This document shows, piece by piece, positions 49,052-58,997 of a stretch of 64,000 nucleotides of DNA. This DNA comes from an uncultured Granulicatella sp. (GTDB lineage Bacteria > Bacillota > Bacilli > Lactobacillales > Aerococcaceae): the NCBI RefSeq assembly GCF_963545075.1, contig NZ_CAUUHX010000002.1:954-64953 (forward strand), read 5' to 3'. Made by a program: the position numbers and the translations under genes. The notes below the pieces were generated by a model. The model saw nothing but the letters and a program-made list of their open reading frames with translations, did no database searches and was not told where the DNA came from. Position 1 is the stretch's first letter; the number at the start of each line of letters is the position of its first letter.

Positions 49052-49192
49052 ATACACTCTCTGTAGTAGCTTGGGACGCAAGCAGCCTCGCTTTTGCGAG
49101 TCTCATTGCTAAAATTTGAGCCTAAGGTCTCAATTTTTCCCGTAATGAAATCCTTCATCAGGATTCCATTACACTAGCTACTACGGAGAGTA
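49052..49192 (-). repeat. Palindromic element, long form, inverted orientation, divergent stems
   Basis: Termini ATACACTCTCTGTAGTAGC / GCTACTACGGAGAGTAT. H1 has a different sequence but still pairs (AATGAAATCC/GGATTCCATT). The core reads GCAATGAGACTCGC-AAAA-GCGAG-GCTGCTTGCGTCC on the reverse strand. Confidence 0.75.
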
Positions 49193-49262
49193 TTTTTTGT
49201 TATAATTTTTTACGTTTCCTACTTAGAAGTATTAAATCTTAAGGTAAATGCAAATAAAAAAA

Positions 49263-49385
49263 TTCTATAGTAATATGCGTAAAAGTAGCCATCTGGCTAC
49301 TTTTACTAGGAAAATTTGAGACTATGGCTCAAATTTTAGCCAAGAGACCCCATAGGGGGCTACTGGCGTCCTATATTACTATAGA
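49263..49385 (+). repeat. Palindromic element, long form, divergent stems
   Basis: Termini TTCTATAGTAATAT / ATATTACTATAGAA. H1 GTAAAAGTAGCC-ATCT-GGCTACTTTTAC, H2 TTTGAGACTATGGCTCAAA, H3 CCCC-ATA-GGGG. Ends 19 nt from the rbfA stop. Confidence 0.75.
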
Positions 49386-49404
49386 AAAACTTTTTTATTT
49401 GTAT

Positions 49405-49764
49405 TTAACGCTCTTCGTCCTCTTGTTGGATACTCTTCAACAATTCTTCAATATGGTTTCCATAATCAACAGACTCATCACGTTTAAAAATTAATTCAGG
49501 CGTTTTATAGAGAGATAAACGTTTCCCTAATTCACGACGAATTAAACCTTTAGATTTTTCCAATCCACGTTCAGTTGCTTGGCGCTCACTCGCTAAAGTT
49601 TGCAAAGTAGTATAATAAACCGTCGCAATTTGTAAATCGCCCGTTACATCTACCTCAGTAATTGTAATTTCTTGCACACGAGGATCACGAACTTTTTTAG
49701 ACAAAATATCATTCACTTCTCTCAAAATCTCTTGAGAAACACGACCAACACGGAAATTCGCCAT
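49405..49764 (-). CDS. rbfA: Ribosome-binding factor A
   Basis: MANFRVGRVSQEILREVNDIL. ATG at 49764 with a GAGAGGAGAG RBS; the ORF track starts at 49785. Confidence 0.93.
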   Translation of the reverse strand: MANFRVGRVSQEILREVNDILSKKVRDPRVQEITITEVDVTGDLQIATVYYTTLQTLASERQATERGLEKSKGLIRRELGKRLSLYKTPELIFKRDESVDYGNHIEELLKSIQQEDEER

Positions 49765-49800
49765 TTGATACTCTCCTCTCTTCATTCCATCATTTAATGA

Positions 49801-52170
49801 TTATTTTCTTTTAATTTCAACCATTTCAAATGCTTCGATGATGTCATCTACTTTAATATCATTGTAGCCTTCAATCATAATTCCACATTCAAATCCAAGT
49901 TTAACTTCTTTAGCATCGTCTTTGAAGCGTTTCAAGCTTGCTAATTCACCTTCGTAAATAACAATGTTATCACGGATTAAACGAACTTGACTAGAACGTT
50001 TAACAACCCCTTCAGTTACATATGAACCAGCAATTGTACCTAATTTAGATACTGTATAAGTTTCACGAACGATAGCAGAACCAGTAATTTTCTCTTCAAA
50101 TTCAGGATCTAACATACCTTTCATCGCTGTTTCAATTTCATCAATAACATTATAAATAATACGGTGTAAACGAATATCTACTTGATCAGATTCAGCTTGA
50201 ATTTTCGCTTGAGGTGTAGGTCTAACGTTGAAACCAATAATAATCGCATTACTTGCTGTTGCTAAAGTAATATCACTTTCATTAATTGCCCCAACAGCTG
50301 TATGGATAATTTTCACACGTACGCCTTCAACTTCAATTTTTTGTAAACTTGAAGCTAAAGCTTCTACAGAACCTTGCACGTCTGCTTTAATAATAACGTT
50401 AACTTCTTTCATTTCTCCATCTTTTAATGTTGAGAATAAGTTATCTAATGTAATACGGCTTGATGCATTACGTTGTTCAATTAAAGCACGTTTCGCACGT
50501 TCTTCACCGGCAGCACGAGCTGATTTTTCATCTTCAAATACTACGAAGCGGTCTCCTGCTTGCGGAGATGCATTTAACCCTGTAATTTCTACTGGAGTTG
50601 CTGGAACAGCTGTTTTCACACGACGTCCTTGGTCATTTACCATTACACGGACACGTCCGAATGTATTACCAACAACGATTGGATCCCCAACTTTAAGAGT
50701 TCCTTCTTGAACTAATAATGTTGCGATAGGTCCTTTTGTTTTATCTAAACGAGCTTCAATAACTGTACCTAATGCTAAACGATTAGCATTTGCACTTAAT
50801 TCTTGCATTTCAGCTACTAATAAAATCATTTCTAATAATTCTTCGATATTTTGATTAAATTTAGCAGAGATTTCAACAAAGATTGTATCTCCACCCCATG
50901 CTTCAGGAACTAAACCTAAATCAGATAATTCTTGCATTACACGACCTGGGTTAGCAGCTGGTTTATCAATTTTGTTTACAGCAACAATAATTGGAACATC
51001 TGCAGCTTTTGCATGGTTAATCGCTTCGATTGTTTGTGGCATTACACCGTCATCAGCAGCAACTACAATAATAGTAATATCTGTGATATCCGCACCACGA
51101 GCACGCATTGTTGTAAATGCCGCGTGACCTGGTGTATCTAAGAATGTAATTGGTTTGCCATCAATTTTAATTTGGTAAGCACCAATATGTTGTGTAATTC
51201 CTCCAGCTTCTCCAGCTACTACAGAAGAATTTCTTAATTGGTCAAGTAAAGTTGTTTTACCATGGTCAACGTGTCCCATGATTGTAACTACTGGAGGACG
51301 AACGGCATGTGAGTCGCTCTCAGTAGCTGCTTCTTCAAAGTATACATCTAAATCAGAAATATCTTTTTCGATTTTTTCTTCAGCATCCATACCATAGTCT
51401 GCTGCTAATAATTCAATCGCATCTTTTGATAATCCTTGATTTAATGTTGCCATTACTCCTAATAAGAATAATTTTTTAATAATTTCTGCTGGTTCACGTT
51501 TAATCTTTTTAGCTAATTCAGCAACTGTCATTCCATCTGTATACACTAATACATCTGGTAATTCATGGAATTTACGTGCTGGAACTGCTGGTTTTTGTTC
51601 AGCATTCTTTTGTTGTTTACGGTTATTTTTTTGATGACGATTTTTCTTGTTAAAGTTTTCTTGTTGATTACGTTCGCCACCACGTTTTTGATTTCCACGT
51701 TTGAAATCATTATTCTTCTTAGAATCACGATGATTTGAATATGATTCTTCATCATGAGATTGATGTTTTGGTCCTTTGTTTGCTACTTTTTCTTGTTTTT
51801 GCATAAATTCCTTCTTATGTCCATTTTTATTTTGATTTGGTTGATGATTTTTATCCTGTTGTTTTGGTGAATGTGCTGGTTTATGTTCCACTTTTTTCAC
51901 TTCTTCTTTTTTTGCAGTTTCCTTCTTAGGTTCCGCTGCTTCTTTTTTTGCCTCTACTTTTTTAGGCGCAGGAGTTTCTTTCTTTTCAACTACTTTCTTT
52001 GGAGCTTCTTTTTTTGTTGAAATAGAAGCTTTAATCTTTGAAACTTCTCCATCTTCCATTGTTGACATATGACTGTTATAAGTAATGCCTAATTGTTTTG
52101 CTTTTTCGATAATGTCCTTACTAGGTAGTTTTAACTCTTTTGCAAGTTCATATACACGTGTTTTTGACAT
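49801..52170 (-). CDS. infB: Translation initiation factor IF-2
   Basis: 789 aa. Lys/Glu-rich N-terminal region, then [25 protein letters not shown]. Confidence 0.98.
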   Translation of the reverse strand: MSKTRVYELAKELKLPSKDIIEKAKQLGITYNSHMSTMEDGEVSKIKASISTKKEAPKKVVEKKETPAPKKVEAKKEAAEPKKETAKKEEVKKVEHKPAHSPKQQDKNHQPNQNKNGHKKEFMQKQEKVANKGPKHQSHDEESYSNHRDSKKNNDFKRGNQKRGGERNQQENFNKKNRHQKNNRKQQKNAEQKPAVPARKFHELPDVLVYTDGMTVAELAKKIKREPAEIIKKLFLLGVMATLNQGLSKDAIELLAADYGMDAEEKIEKDISDLDVYFEEAATESDSHAVRPPVVTIMGHVDHGKTTLLDQLRNSSVVAGEAGGITQHIGAYQIKIDGKPITFLDTPGHAAFTTMRARGADITDITIIVVAADDGVMPQTIEAINHAKAADVPIIVAVNKIDKPAANPGRVMQELSDLGLVPEAWGGDTIFVEISAKFNQNIEELLEMILLVAEMQELSANANRLALGTVIEARLDKTKGPIATLLVQEGTLKVGDPIVVGNTFGRVRVMVNDQGRRVKTAVPATPVEITGLNASPQAGDRFVVFEDEKSARAAGEERAKRALIEQRNASSRITLDNLFSTLKDGEMKEVNVIIKADVQGSVEALASSLQKIEVEGVRVKIIHTAVGAINESDITLATASNAIIIGFNVRPTPQAKIQAESDQVDIRLHRIIYNVIDEIETAMKGMLDPEFEEKITGSAIVRETYTVSKLGTIAGSYVTEGVVKRSSQVRLIRDNIVIYEGELASLKRFKDDAKEVKLGFECGIMIEGYNDIKVDDIIEAFEMVEIKRK

Positions 52171-52182
52171 ACGTTCACCTTC

Positions 52183-52509
52183 CTATTCGTTCATATCGTT
52201 AAATCCTTTCATCTTCATCAGACTTTTTGTAAAACCTTGATCAGCAATTGCGATAATTGAACGTTGTTTTCCAATCGCATTTGAAACTTCTTCTGTTGTA
52301 AATTGCTGAATAAAAGGGATTTCATAATATTCACATTTATTTTTGATTTTCTTTACGGTATTCTCACTACTATTTGTTGTACAAATAACGAGATTCACTT
52401 TTTCTTTTTGAATACTTTGCAGTACTTGCTCTTCTCCAGATATTAGTTTACGAGCGCGAGTCGCCATTCCTAATAAATTGAGAGCTTTCTTTTTATCAAT
52501 GCTTTCCAT
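52183..52509 (-). CDS. ylxQ: L7Ae-family RNA-binding protein YlxQ
   Basis: MESIDKKKALNLLGMATRARKLISGEEQV. I chose the ATG at 52509; the ORF-track start at 52566 lies inside ylxR. Confidence 0.85.
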   Translation of the reverse strand: MESIDKKKALNLLGMATRARKLISGEEQVLQSIQKEKVNLVICTTNSSENTVKKIKNKCEYYEIPFIQQFTTEEVSNAIGKQRSIIAIADQGFTKSLMKMKGFNDMNE

Positions 52510-52798
52510 CACTAAATAACTCTTTTCTAGCTTTTTGGTGATCCACATATTGCAATAGTTCTTCATAGAAACTATTTGGGATTTCGATTTCTAATTGACG
52601 TTCAAATAAATGATTCTTCCACGCTTTTTCAACAAGAGTCGGTTCTAATGTAATATAAGCTCCTCTTCCATTGACTTTTCCAGTAGGATCAATTTGAGCG
52701 ACACCTTCACTGTTACGAACAATCCGTACCAATTCTTTCTTAGGCATCATTTCTCCAGAAGCTATACAACGACGCATTGGAACTTTTCTTTTTTTCAT
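52496..52798 (-). CDS. ylxR: YlxR (DUF448) RNA-binding protein
   Basis: 100 aa. PMRRCIASGEMMPKKELVRIV...GRGAYI. Confidence 0.9.
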   Translation of the reverse strand: MKKRKVPMRRCIASGEMMPKKELVRIVRNSEGVAQIDPTGKVNGRGAYITLEPTLVEKAWKNHLFERQLEIEIPNSFYEELLQYVDHQKARKELFSDGKH

Positions 52799-52816
52799 AA
52801 GATGCCTCCTTAATAA

Positions 52817-53926
52817 TTATTCTTCAGTTTGAACTTCTTCACTTGAAGCTTCTTCAACTGTAGGTAATTCTGAATCTAATTGGTCTAAATATTCTTGATA
52901 AGCTGATTCTGATTTAATATCAATACGGAATCCTGTTAATTTAGCTGCTAAACGAGCATTTTGTCCACGTTTCCCAATTGCTAATGATAATTGATGATCC
53001 GGAACTACAACGATGCAGCTATTACGATCTGAATCAAAATCTACTTTCACAACTTGTGCAGGATTTAATGCATTCGCAATGTATACTGATGGATCTTCGT
53101 TCCATTCAACGATATCCATATTTTCTCCGTTTAATTCATTTACGATATTTTGAACACGTTGACCACGAGGTCCTACGCAAGTACCAACTGGATCTAAGTT
53201 CGTATCTCTAGAACGTACCGCAACTTTCGCACGATCTCCTGCTTCACGAGCGATAGAAACAATTTCTACAACTCCTTCGTAAATTTCAGGAACTTCTTGT
53301 TCAAATAAACGTTTTAATAAATCTGGATGTGTACGACTTACGAAAATTAATGGACCTTTAGTTGTGTTATCAACTTTAGAAACTAATACTTTAATACGTT
53401 GATCTGGTAAATATTCTTCTGTAGGAATTTGATCTTGTTTCGTCATTCCTGCAACAATTTTACCTAAATTCACATATACATAACGGAAATCTTGACGGTC
53501 AACAACACCTGTCATAATTTCATTTTCGTATTCGATAAATTCATTATAAATATTTGTACGTTCAGCATCTCTTAAACGTTGCATAATCACTTGTTTCGCT
53601 GTTTGAGCAGCAATACGTCCAAAATCTTTTGGAGTTACTTCAAAACGAATTTTATCTCCAACTTCATAAGCTTTATGTAATTCATGAGCTTCTTCAATAC
53701 TCACTTCAAGTGTTGAATCAAATACATATTCCACAACTTCTTTTACTGCGTATACATGCATTTTTCCTTTTTTAGCATCAAATTCAACTTCAACATTTTG
53801 TGCTTGTCCATAGTTTTTCTTATAAGCAGAAACAAGAGCCGCTTCTAAAGCTGTAATGACAACTTCTTTAGAAATCCCTTTTTCTTCTTCAAGAATATTT
53901 AATGCTTTAATCATTTCTTTACTCAT
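52817..53926 (-). CDS. nusA: Transcription termination/antitermination factor NusA
   Basis: 369 aa. N-terminal domain, S1 and two KH domains (GPRGQRVQNIVNEL, IGKRGQNARLA). Confidence 0.97.
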   Translation of the reverse strand: MSKEMIKALNILEEEKGISKEVVITALEAALVSAYKKNYGQAQNVEVEFDAKKGKMHVYAVKEVVEYVFDSTLEVSIEEAHELHKAYEVGDKIRFEVTPKDFGRIAAQTAKQVIMQRLRDAERTNIYNEFIEYENEIMTGVVDRQDFRYVYVNLGKIVAGMTKQDQIPTEEYLPDQRIKVLVSKVDNTTKGPLIFVSRTHPDLLKRLFEQEVPEIYEGVVEIVSIAREAGDRAKVAVRSRDTNLDPVGTCVGPRGQRVQNIVNELNGENMDIVEWNEDPSVYIANALNPAQVVKVDFDSDRNSCIVVVPDHQLSLAIGKRGQNARLAAKLTGFRIDIKSESAYQEYLDQLDSELPTVEEASSEEVQTEE

Positions 53927-53964
53927 AATGTGACTCCTTTGTCAAAAATGTTTCTAATTGATTC

Positions 53965-54438
53965 CTAGAATTGAATCGCTAATCGAGCTTTTGCAATATT
54001 TTCACGTACAATCGTAACTGATTTTTTACGTGTTTTAATTTTCACTTCTAAAGTCACTGACTCATCAGTTACTTCCGTTAAAAATCCTTCTAAAAACTTC
54101 TCGCCTTCAACTTGTTGATAGAATGATAAATGAACATATTGTCCAATCGCTTCTTTCAAATCTTTCTCAGTTTTCAGAGGACGTTCAGCACCAGGAGAAG
54201 ATACTTCAAGGAAATACGCTTGAGGAATCGGATCTGGATCTTGTGCATCTAATAATTCACTAAATTTTTCACTCATAAACGCACAATCATCTAAATCAAT
54301 TCCACCTGGTTTGTCAAGGTAAAAACGTAAAAACCAATTTTTCCCTTCTTTTACAAACTCTAAATCGACTAATTCAAACCCTTCTGCTTCAATAACTGGC
54401 AAAGCGAGTGTTGAAACTAATTCTGCTACTTTACTCAT
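53965..54438 (-). CDS. rimP: Ribosome maturation factor RimP
   Basis: 157 aa. LEVSSPGAERPLK motif. First gene of the nusA-infB operon. Confidence 0.93.
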   Translation of the reverse strand: MSKVAELVSTLALPVIEAEGFELVDLEFVKEGKNWFLRFYLDKPGGIDLDDCAFMSEKFSELLDAQDPDPIPQAYFLEVSSPGAERPLKTEKDLKEAIGQYVHLSFYQQVEGEKFLEGFLTEVTDESVTLEVKIKTRKKSVTIVRENIAKARLAIQF

Positions 54439-54463
54439 AGATAACCTCCTTTACATAACTGCG

Positions 54464-54492
54464 TAAAAAGAGTGAGCATTCCTGCTCACTCT
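54464..54492 (-). terminator. Intrinsic terminator inside the rimP-nusA leader (candidate attenuator)
   Basis: Minus strand: AGAGTGAGCA-GGAA-TGCTCACTCT followed by TTTTTA. Lies between the predicted promoter and the rimP RBS. Confidence 0.6.
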
Positions 54493-54520
54493 CCTTTCCA
54501 CGTCATCTTAATTCATAAAT

Positions 54521-54549
54521 AGTATAGCACAGATGAAAATATCAATCAA
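54521..54549 (-). promoter_or_regulatory. Sigma-A-type promoter of the rimP-nusA-infB operon
   Basis: Minus strand: TTGATT (54549-54544), a 17-nt spacer, TATACT (54526-54521). Confidence 0.55.
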
Positions 54550-54573
54550 ACAAAACGCTCATAACTAATAAGA

Positions 54574-54861
54574 GCCACTACACTAAGGCTAACAATAAAC
54601 CCCAAAATAGCACCCCTTCAGGCAAACAGCAAAGCGCATTTGCCACACGTCAGCACGTAAAAGATACTTCCGTACCCCACATCCTAAACGTACCCTAATA
54701 TTATGCCCGAAAAAACATGGGATTGGGCGCCGTTGTGTAAATGAAAGTACTCTGTTCCAGAGTACTTTCATAGGTAATTTTTGAGACCCTAGGCTCAAAA
54801 ATTAGCCATGAGACTTGCTTCGCAAGGCTGCTGGCAGCCTCACAACCCCAAGCGCAATCCC
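54574..54861 (+). repeat. Extra-long (about 288 nt) variant of the palindromic element / candidate structured RNA, copy A
   Basis: The 3' half has the family core: H1 AAAGTACTCTG-TTC-CAGAGTACTTT, H2 TTTTGAGACCCTAGGCTCAAAA, TTAGCCATGAGA, H3 CTTGC-TTC-GCAAG, GCTGCTGGCAGCC. It is closed by GGGATTG..GTTGTG / CACAAC..CAATCCC. The 5' half is shared only with 60079-60364. Confidence 0.7.
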
Positions 54862-54869
54862 AAACCAAT

Positions 54870-55628
54870 TTAAATTCTCGTTTGGTACATAAGTACCCCA
54901 CTAGCAATCGCTACATTCAACGATTCCGCTTGACCAAACATAGGAATCTGAATGATACAATCCGCAGAATCAATCAATTCGTCACGAACGCCATTTCCTT
55001 CATTTCCAACCACAATTGCAACAGACTCTCTGCCATTTAACCATTGAAAATCCTTTGCGTCACGATGAAGTGCCGTTACAGCGATTGGAATATCATTTTC
55101 TTTTAACTTTCCATACACATCTGTTAAATTTTCATGATAAATTGCTACGTGAAATTGGCTTCCTTGCATGGAACGAACGACTTTGTCATTATATAAATCC
55201 ACACAGCCTTCTCCTAAAACAACTGCATCAAAACCTGCTGCATCAGCAGTACGAATAATTGTTCCTAAATTACCTGGATCTTGAACCGCATCTGCTAAAA
55301 GGTAACGCCCCTGAGGAACTTCGACCAATGTTTTCTTTTCTAATGGTACAATCGCTAAAATACCTTGATTCGTTTGAGTCATCGATAACTTTTCAAACAC
55401 TTCTTTAGAAACAAACATTGTTGGATAGATTTTTGTCCATTTTTCATAAAGATGAATCGTGTCCTCACTGACTACTAAGCGTTGAATGGAAATATTTGAT
55501 TGAATGGCTTCTTCAACTAAATGTTCCCCTTCAATCAAATACGCTTCCGCTTTTTTTCTACCTTTAGAAGTTTGTAACTTTTGATAATTTTTAACCATTG
55601 CATTTTGGTGCGAACGAATAATTTCCAT
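54870..55628 (-). CDS. TrmH/SpoU-family RNA 2'-O-methyltransferase
   Basis: 252 aa. DPGNLGTIIRTA, VVGNEGNGV, IPMFGQAESLNVAIASGVLMY. Confidence 0.88.
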   Translation of the reverse strand: MEIIRSHQNAMVKNYQKLQTSKGRKKAEAYLIEGEHLVEEAIQSNISIQRLVVSEDTIHLYEKWTKIYPTMFVSKEVFEKLSMTQTNQGILAIVPLEKKTLVEVPQGRYLLADAVQDPGNLGTIIRTADAAGFDAVVLGEGCVDLYNDKVVRSMQGSQFHVAIYHENLTDVYGKLKENDIPIAVTALHRDAKDFQWLNGRESVAIVVGNEGNGVRDELIDSADCIIQIPMFGQAESLNVAIASGVLMYQTRI

Positions 55629-55639
55629 GTCCGTCTCCT

Positions 55640-56002
55640 TTATTGTTCCATCATTACTCGGAACAGTTTTAATTGTTCTTTTTGATTTGAAAAATATTTA
55701 GAACGATGAGGGATTTCAAATTGAAACTTTTCTCCCTCTACTTCAAAACTTAATTCATCATTTGATAAAAATTTCTTTTGATATTGTACTTTCTCTACTC
55801 GTTCAACAGGAAAAAGTAGCGGTCTTGTATCAGAAAAAGTCGCATCATCTTTTAATTCAAAAAATACACATCCCATTGAAGACCAATAACAAATAGCATT
55901 TTCTTCATGGATTAATCTTTTAACTTGAATCAACACTGATTTCTCTTCATAGGGTAAATGATATTCTTCTAAATGATTTTTCAAAAACTCCAATGTAAGC
56001 AT
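55640..56002 (-). CDS. Hypothetical protein
   Basis: 120-aa ORF tightly packed between the helicase and methyltransferase genes. No motif recognised. Confidence 0.5.
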   Translation of the reverse strand: MLTLEFLKNHLEEYHLPYEEKSVLIQVKRLIHEENAICYWSSMGCVFFELKDDATFSDTRPLLFPVERVEKVQYQKKFLSNDELSFEVEGEKFQFEIPHRSKYFSNQKEQLKLFRVMMEQ

Positions 56003-56017
56003 CTAAGAAACTCCTTT

Positions 56018-57238
56018 TTACTTTTTCTTCCCTAACGATTTTTTAGATTTAAAGGATTTTTTATCTTTTGATGGATAAGCTTTTTTAGCGGATCCTTTTT
56101 TATCTTTTGGTTTATAAGGTTTCTTTTCCACTATTTTTTTCTTTTGAGCAACTTGTAGTTGACTCGAATGAACTTGGAATGCTTCTAGTTTTGCATCAGC
56201 TGGAATGAGTTTTTTCAAGTCTCTCACTTCTTTTTCTGTTACAAAACTAATGATTAAACCATCTTTCCCCATTCTTCCAGTTCTTCCTGAACGGTGGGTA
56301 TATACTTCTTTATTTTCAGGTAAATCATAATGAATCACGACTGGTAAATCTTCAATATCTAATCCACGTGCTGCCACATCCGTTGTTAATAAAATAGGAA
56401 CTTCTCCTTTTTTAAAGGCATGAATGGCAGCTTTACGATTGATTTGATTTTCATTACTCGTTAATAAAGCGCAAGGAATATTGTGGTATTGTAATTTCTC
56501 AGCTAAAATTCCTGCATTTGCCAATGAATTTACAAATACTAAGGCTTGATATTCCTTCATATTGGCAAACTTTCTTAACAATTCATCTTTTTTTCGAACA
56601 GGGGATTCAATATACACATGTTTTACATTCCCATTTCCTGCCATCTTTTGTTCATTTTCTACCCATTTTGGTGTCATATTAATCCATTGATGAATAGATT
56701 CTAATATTTCATTTTTAGTGGCTGAAAAACAAATCATTTGTCGTTGTGATGGACATTTTTTAATAAATGAACGAGTTTGTTCTAAATGTTCTTGCGCTAA
56801 TAAATAATCCGCTTCGTCTAACACTAATGTTTGAACTTTGTGTAGCTTTAATTTTCTTTGATTTGCTAACTCCGTTAATCGACCCGGAGTACCAACCACT
56901 AATTCTGGTTTTTTCTTTAAATTTTCAATTTGACGTTTTACATTAGCTCCTCCAGCTAAAACTAACATCGTTAATTCTGGCAATTTCCATTCACGAATCA
57001 CTTCACCAATTTGTTGTGCTAACTCTTGACTAGGCACTAAAATGACTGCTTGTAATTCATGATTGACTTCAATTTTTTCTAATAATGGTAATAAGTAGGC
57101 GAGTGTTTTTCCTGTACCTGTTGGAGAAACTGCTACTACATCTTCCCCATTTTGAATCAATTCCTTTGTTGCTTCTTGAATCGGTGTTAATGCTTTAAAA
57201 CCTTTTTCATTCCATTTATTTTGAATATATTCTTTCAT
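56018..57238 (-). CDS. DEAD-box ATP-dependent RNA helicase
   Basis: 406 aa. SPTGTGKT, DEAD, SAT, HRSGRTGR, and a Lys-rich C-terminal tail. Confidence 0.95.
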   Translation of the reverse strand: MKEYIQNKWNEKGFKALTPIQEATKELIQNGEDVVAVSPTGTGKTLAYLLPLLEKIEVNHELQAVILVPSQELAQQIGEVIREWKLPELTMLVLAGGANVKRQIENLKKKPELVVGTPGRLTELANQRKLKLHKVQTLVLDEADYLLAQEHLEQTRSFIKKCPSQRQMICFSATKNEILESIHQWINMTPKWVENEQKMAGNGNVKHVYIESPVRKKDELLRKFANMKEYQALVFVNSLANAGILAEKLQYHNIPCALLTSNENQINRKAAIHAFKKGEVPILLTTDVAARGLDIEDLPVVIHYDLPENKEVYTHRSGRTGRMGKDGLIISFVTEKEVRDLKKLIPADAKLEAFQVHSSQLQVAQKKKIVEKKPYKPKDKKGSAKKAYPSKDKKSFKSKKSLGKKK

Positions 57239-57247
57239 AATTTCTCC

Positions 57248-58228
57248 TTAATTAAATATAATTCCTGCTGAATTTCTTAATGCTTCAATCACTTCTAAAA
57301 CATTTCGACTGATTAATTTACTTTGTTCATATTGTACTAGTGATTCTGGTGTACGTTCTAATATATTTGCAAAGGCAATAGCTTCCCATTCTAATGGATT
57401 TTTACGCAGTTTATATTCCTTTGTTTCTTGAACTTCACTCATATAAAGAGTTCTTACTTCTTTAATTTCTTGGCAATCATTGATTTGTAATGTTTCTTTT
57501 CCAAAGTAGATTTCTTGAGGAAGACATACGTTCAACACTTTTCCAACAAAAATAGTTACATCAAATGTTGGATACGCCAATGATACGATTCCTTGTCCAT
57601 CCGCTTGATTCTCTAATTTACGAGCTTGATAATGCACATTTTCCGGCATTCCAAACCAGCTTATCGCATTATAAATAGGATAAACTCCTAAATCCATTAA
57701 GGCTCCACCACCAGAAGCTAATGAAAATGAATTTGCAATCTCACCTCTTAAAAATGCATCATATTTTGAAGAGTATTTTGCATACGATAAAACAGCTCCT
57801 TTTACTTTATTCATTCTAGGAGCAATGAATTTCCCAATTTCTTGAAAGGCTGGCTCAAAATAATGACGAATAGCCTCCATTACGAATAAGTTTTTTTCAA
57901 CCGCTAATTGATGAACTTCATCCCATTCTTCAACAGATAAAAAGGATGGTTTTTCAACGATAATATTTTTTTGATGTTCTAATAATTGTTTTGAATAACT
58001 ACCATGTGTATGGTTTGGTGATCCGATATAAACAACATCCCAATTTTCTAATAAAAATTCATTCCATTGATTTGTCCAAGAATGAATCTGGTGTTTTGTA
58101 GCAAATTCTTCTGCTTTTTCTATTGTTCTACTGTATACAGATACTACTTCAAAACTATTTGTTTGTTGTACCGCTTCTACAAAAGAAGAAGATATCCACC
58201 CTGTGCCTATAATCGCTAATTTTTTCAT
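57248..58228 (-). CDS. Gfo/Idh/MocA family oxidoreductase
   Basis: MKKLAIIGTGWIS Rossmann N-terminus. ATG at 58228 with an AAGGAG RBS; the ORF track starts at 58303. Confidence 0.85.
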   Translation of the reverse strand: MKKLAIIGTGWISSSFVEAVQQTNSFEVVSVYSRTIEKAEEFATKHQIHSWTNQWNEFLLENWDVVYIGSPNHTHGSYSKQLLEHQKNIIVEKPSFLSVEEWDEVHQLAVEKNLFVMEAIRHYFEPAFQEIGKFIAPRMNKVKGAVLSYAKYSSKYDAFLRGEIANSFSLASGGGALMDLGVYPIYNAISWFGMPENVHYQARKLENQADGQGIVSLAYPTFDVTIFVGKVLNVCLPQEIYFGKETLQINDCQEIKEVRTLYMSEVQETKEYKLRKNPLEWEAIAFANILERTPESLVQYEQSKLISRNVLEVIEALRNSAGIIFN

Positions 58229-58333
58229 GATCACCACTCCTTTTCTTCCTGGATAGTCTATCATATTTTCCTTAAAATCTCTAGCAATCCTCGTTGCAAG
58301 CAAAAAGAGGCTGGAAATCCAACCTCTTCATCT

Positions 58334-58984
58334 TTAATATAATGATAATCTTTTTTCTAAAATTTTCTGACCTTGTTCAAACACTAAACAGATGCACCAG
58401 TAAATTAAAGCTACTAAAATATACATCGTCATATAGTCGAATTCTCGTCCTCCAACAATTTTAGCATTTTGAAAAATATCCGGTACCGTAATCATCGCTG
58501 CTAACGACGTTCCTTTAATCATATCTAATAAGACATTACTTAATGGTGGTACTGAAATTCTAAATGCTTGAGGAACAATCACTCTTCTTAATGTTTGAAA
58601 ATAATTCAATCCTAAGGAAGTTGAAGCTTCCCACTGACCATAGTCCACTGCATCAATCGAAGAACGTAACACTTCACAGATGTATGCACTACTTGCAATA
58701 CTAAAACATAAAATTGCACAGACTAGAGCTGGAAGTTGAATTTTTAAATAAGGTAATCCGAAATATAATAAGAATAAAAATACTAATGTAGGAGTTCCTC
58801 TCATAAAAGAAACATGAAAATTAGCAATCATTCTTAGAACTCTGATATTCGAGCGTTTCATTAAAACAAACATGAACCCTAAGATCGTTCCAAAAATAAA
58901 ACTTACTCCAGCAATTCCTAATGTATATTGTAAACCACTTAATATAAAGGAAAGACTATGAATCGCTAACTTAAGATTAAACAA
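58334..58984 (-). CDS. Amino acid ABC transporter permease
   Basis: 216 aa. EAA-type loop EASTSLGLNYFQTLRRVIVPQA. Confidence 0.9.
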   Translation of the reverse strand: MFNLKLAIHSLSFILSGLQYTLGIAGVSFIFGTILGFMFVLMKRSNIRVLRMIANFHVSFMRGTPTLVFLFLLYFGLPYLKIQLPALVCAILCFSIASSAYICEVLRSSIDAVDYGQWEASTSLGLNYFQTLRRVIVPQAFRISVPPLSNVLLDMIKGTSLAAMITVPDIFQNAKIVGGREFDYMTMYILVALIYWCICLVFEQGQKILEKRLSLY

Positions 58985-58997
58985 TCGTCATCGCCTC

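Noticed and set aside
50228-51755. ORFs overlapping infB (160 aa and 69 aa on the plus strand, 69 aa on the minus strand in another frame)
   Set aside because: They lie entirely within the IF-2 coding sequence, with a composition typical of out-of-frame or antisense translation.
54574-54861. The about 287-nt elements as tmRNA, RNase P RNA, SRP RNA or 6S RNA
   Set aside because: There is no tRNA-like 3' end or tag ORF, no GAGGAAAGUCC-type RNase P motif and no SRP domain IV motif. Two paralogous copies that share modules with a dispersed repeat family are inconsistent with those single-copy genes.
54589-54907. Two overlapping minus-strand ORFs (69 and 68 aa)
   Set aside because: They lie within the structured repeat element. 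The paralogous element at 60079-60364 has no corresponding ORFs, and the translations are Cys/Arg/Trp-rich.
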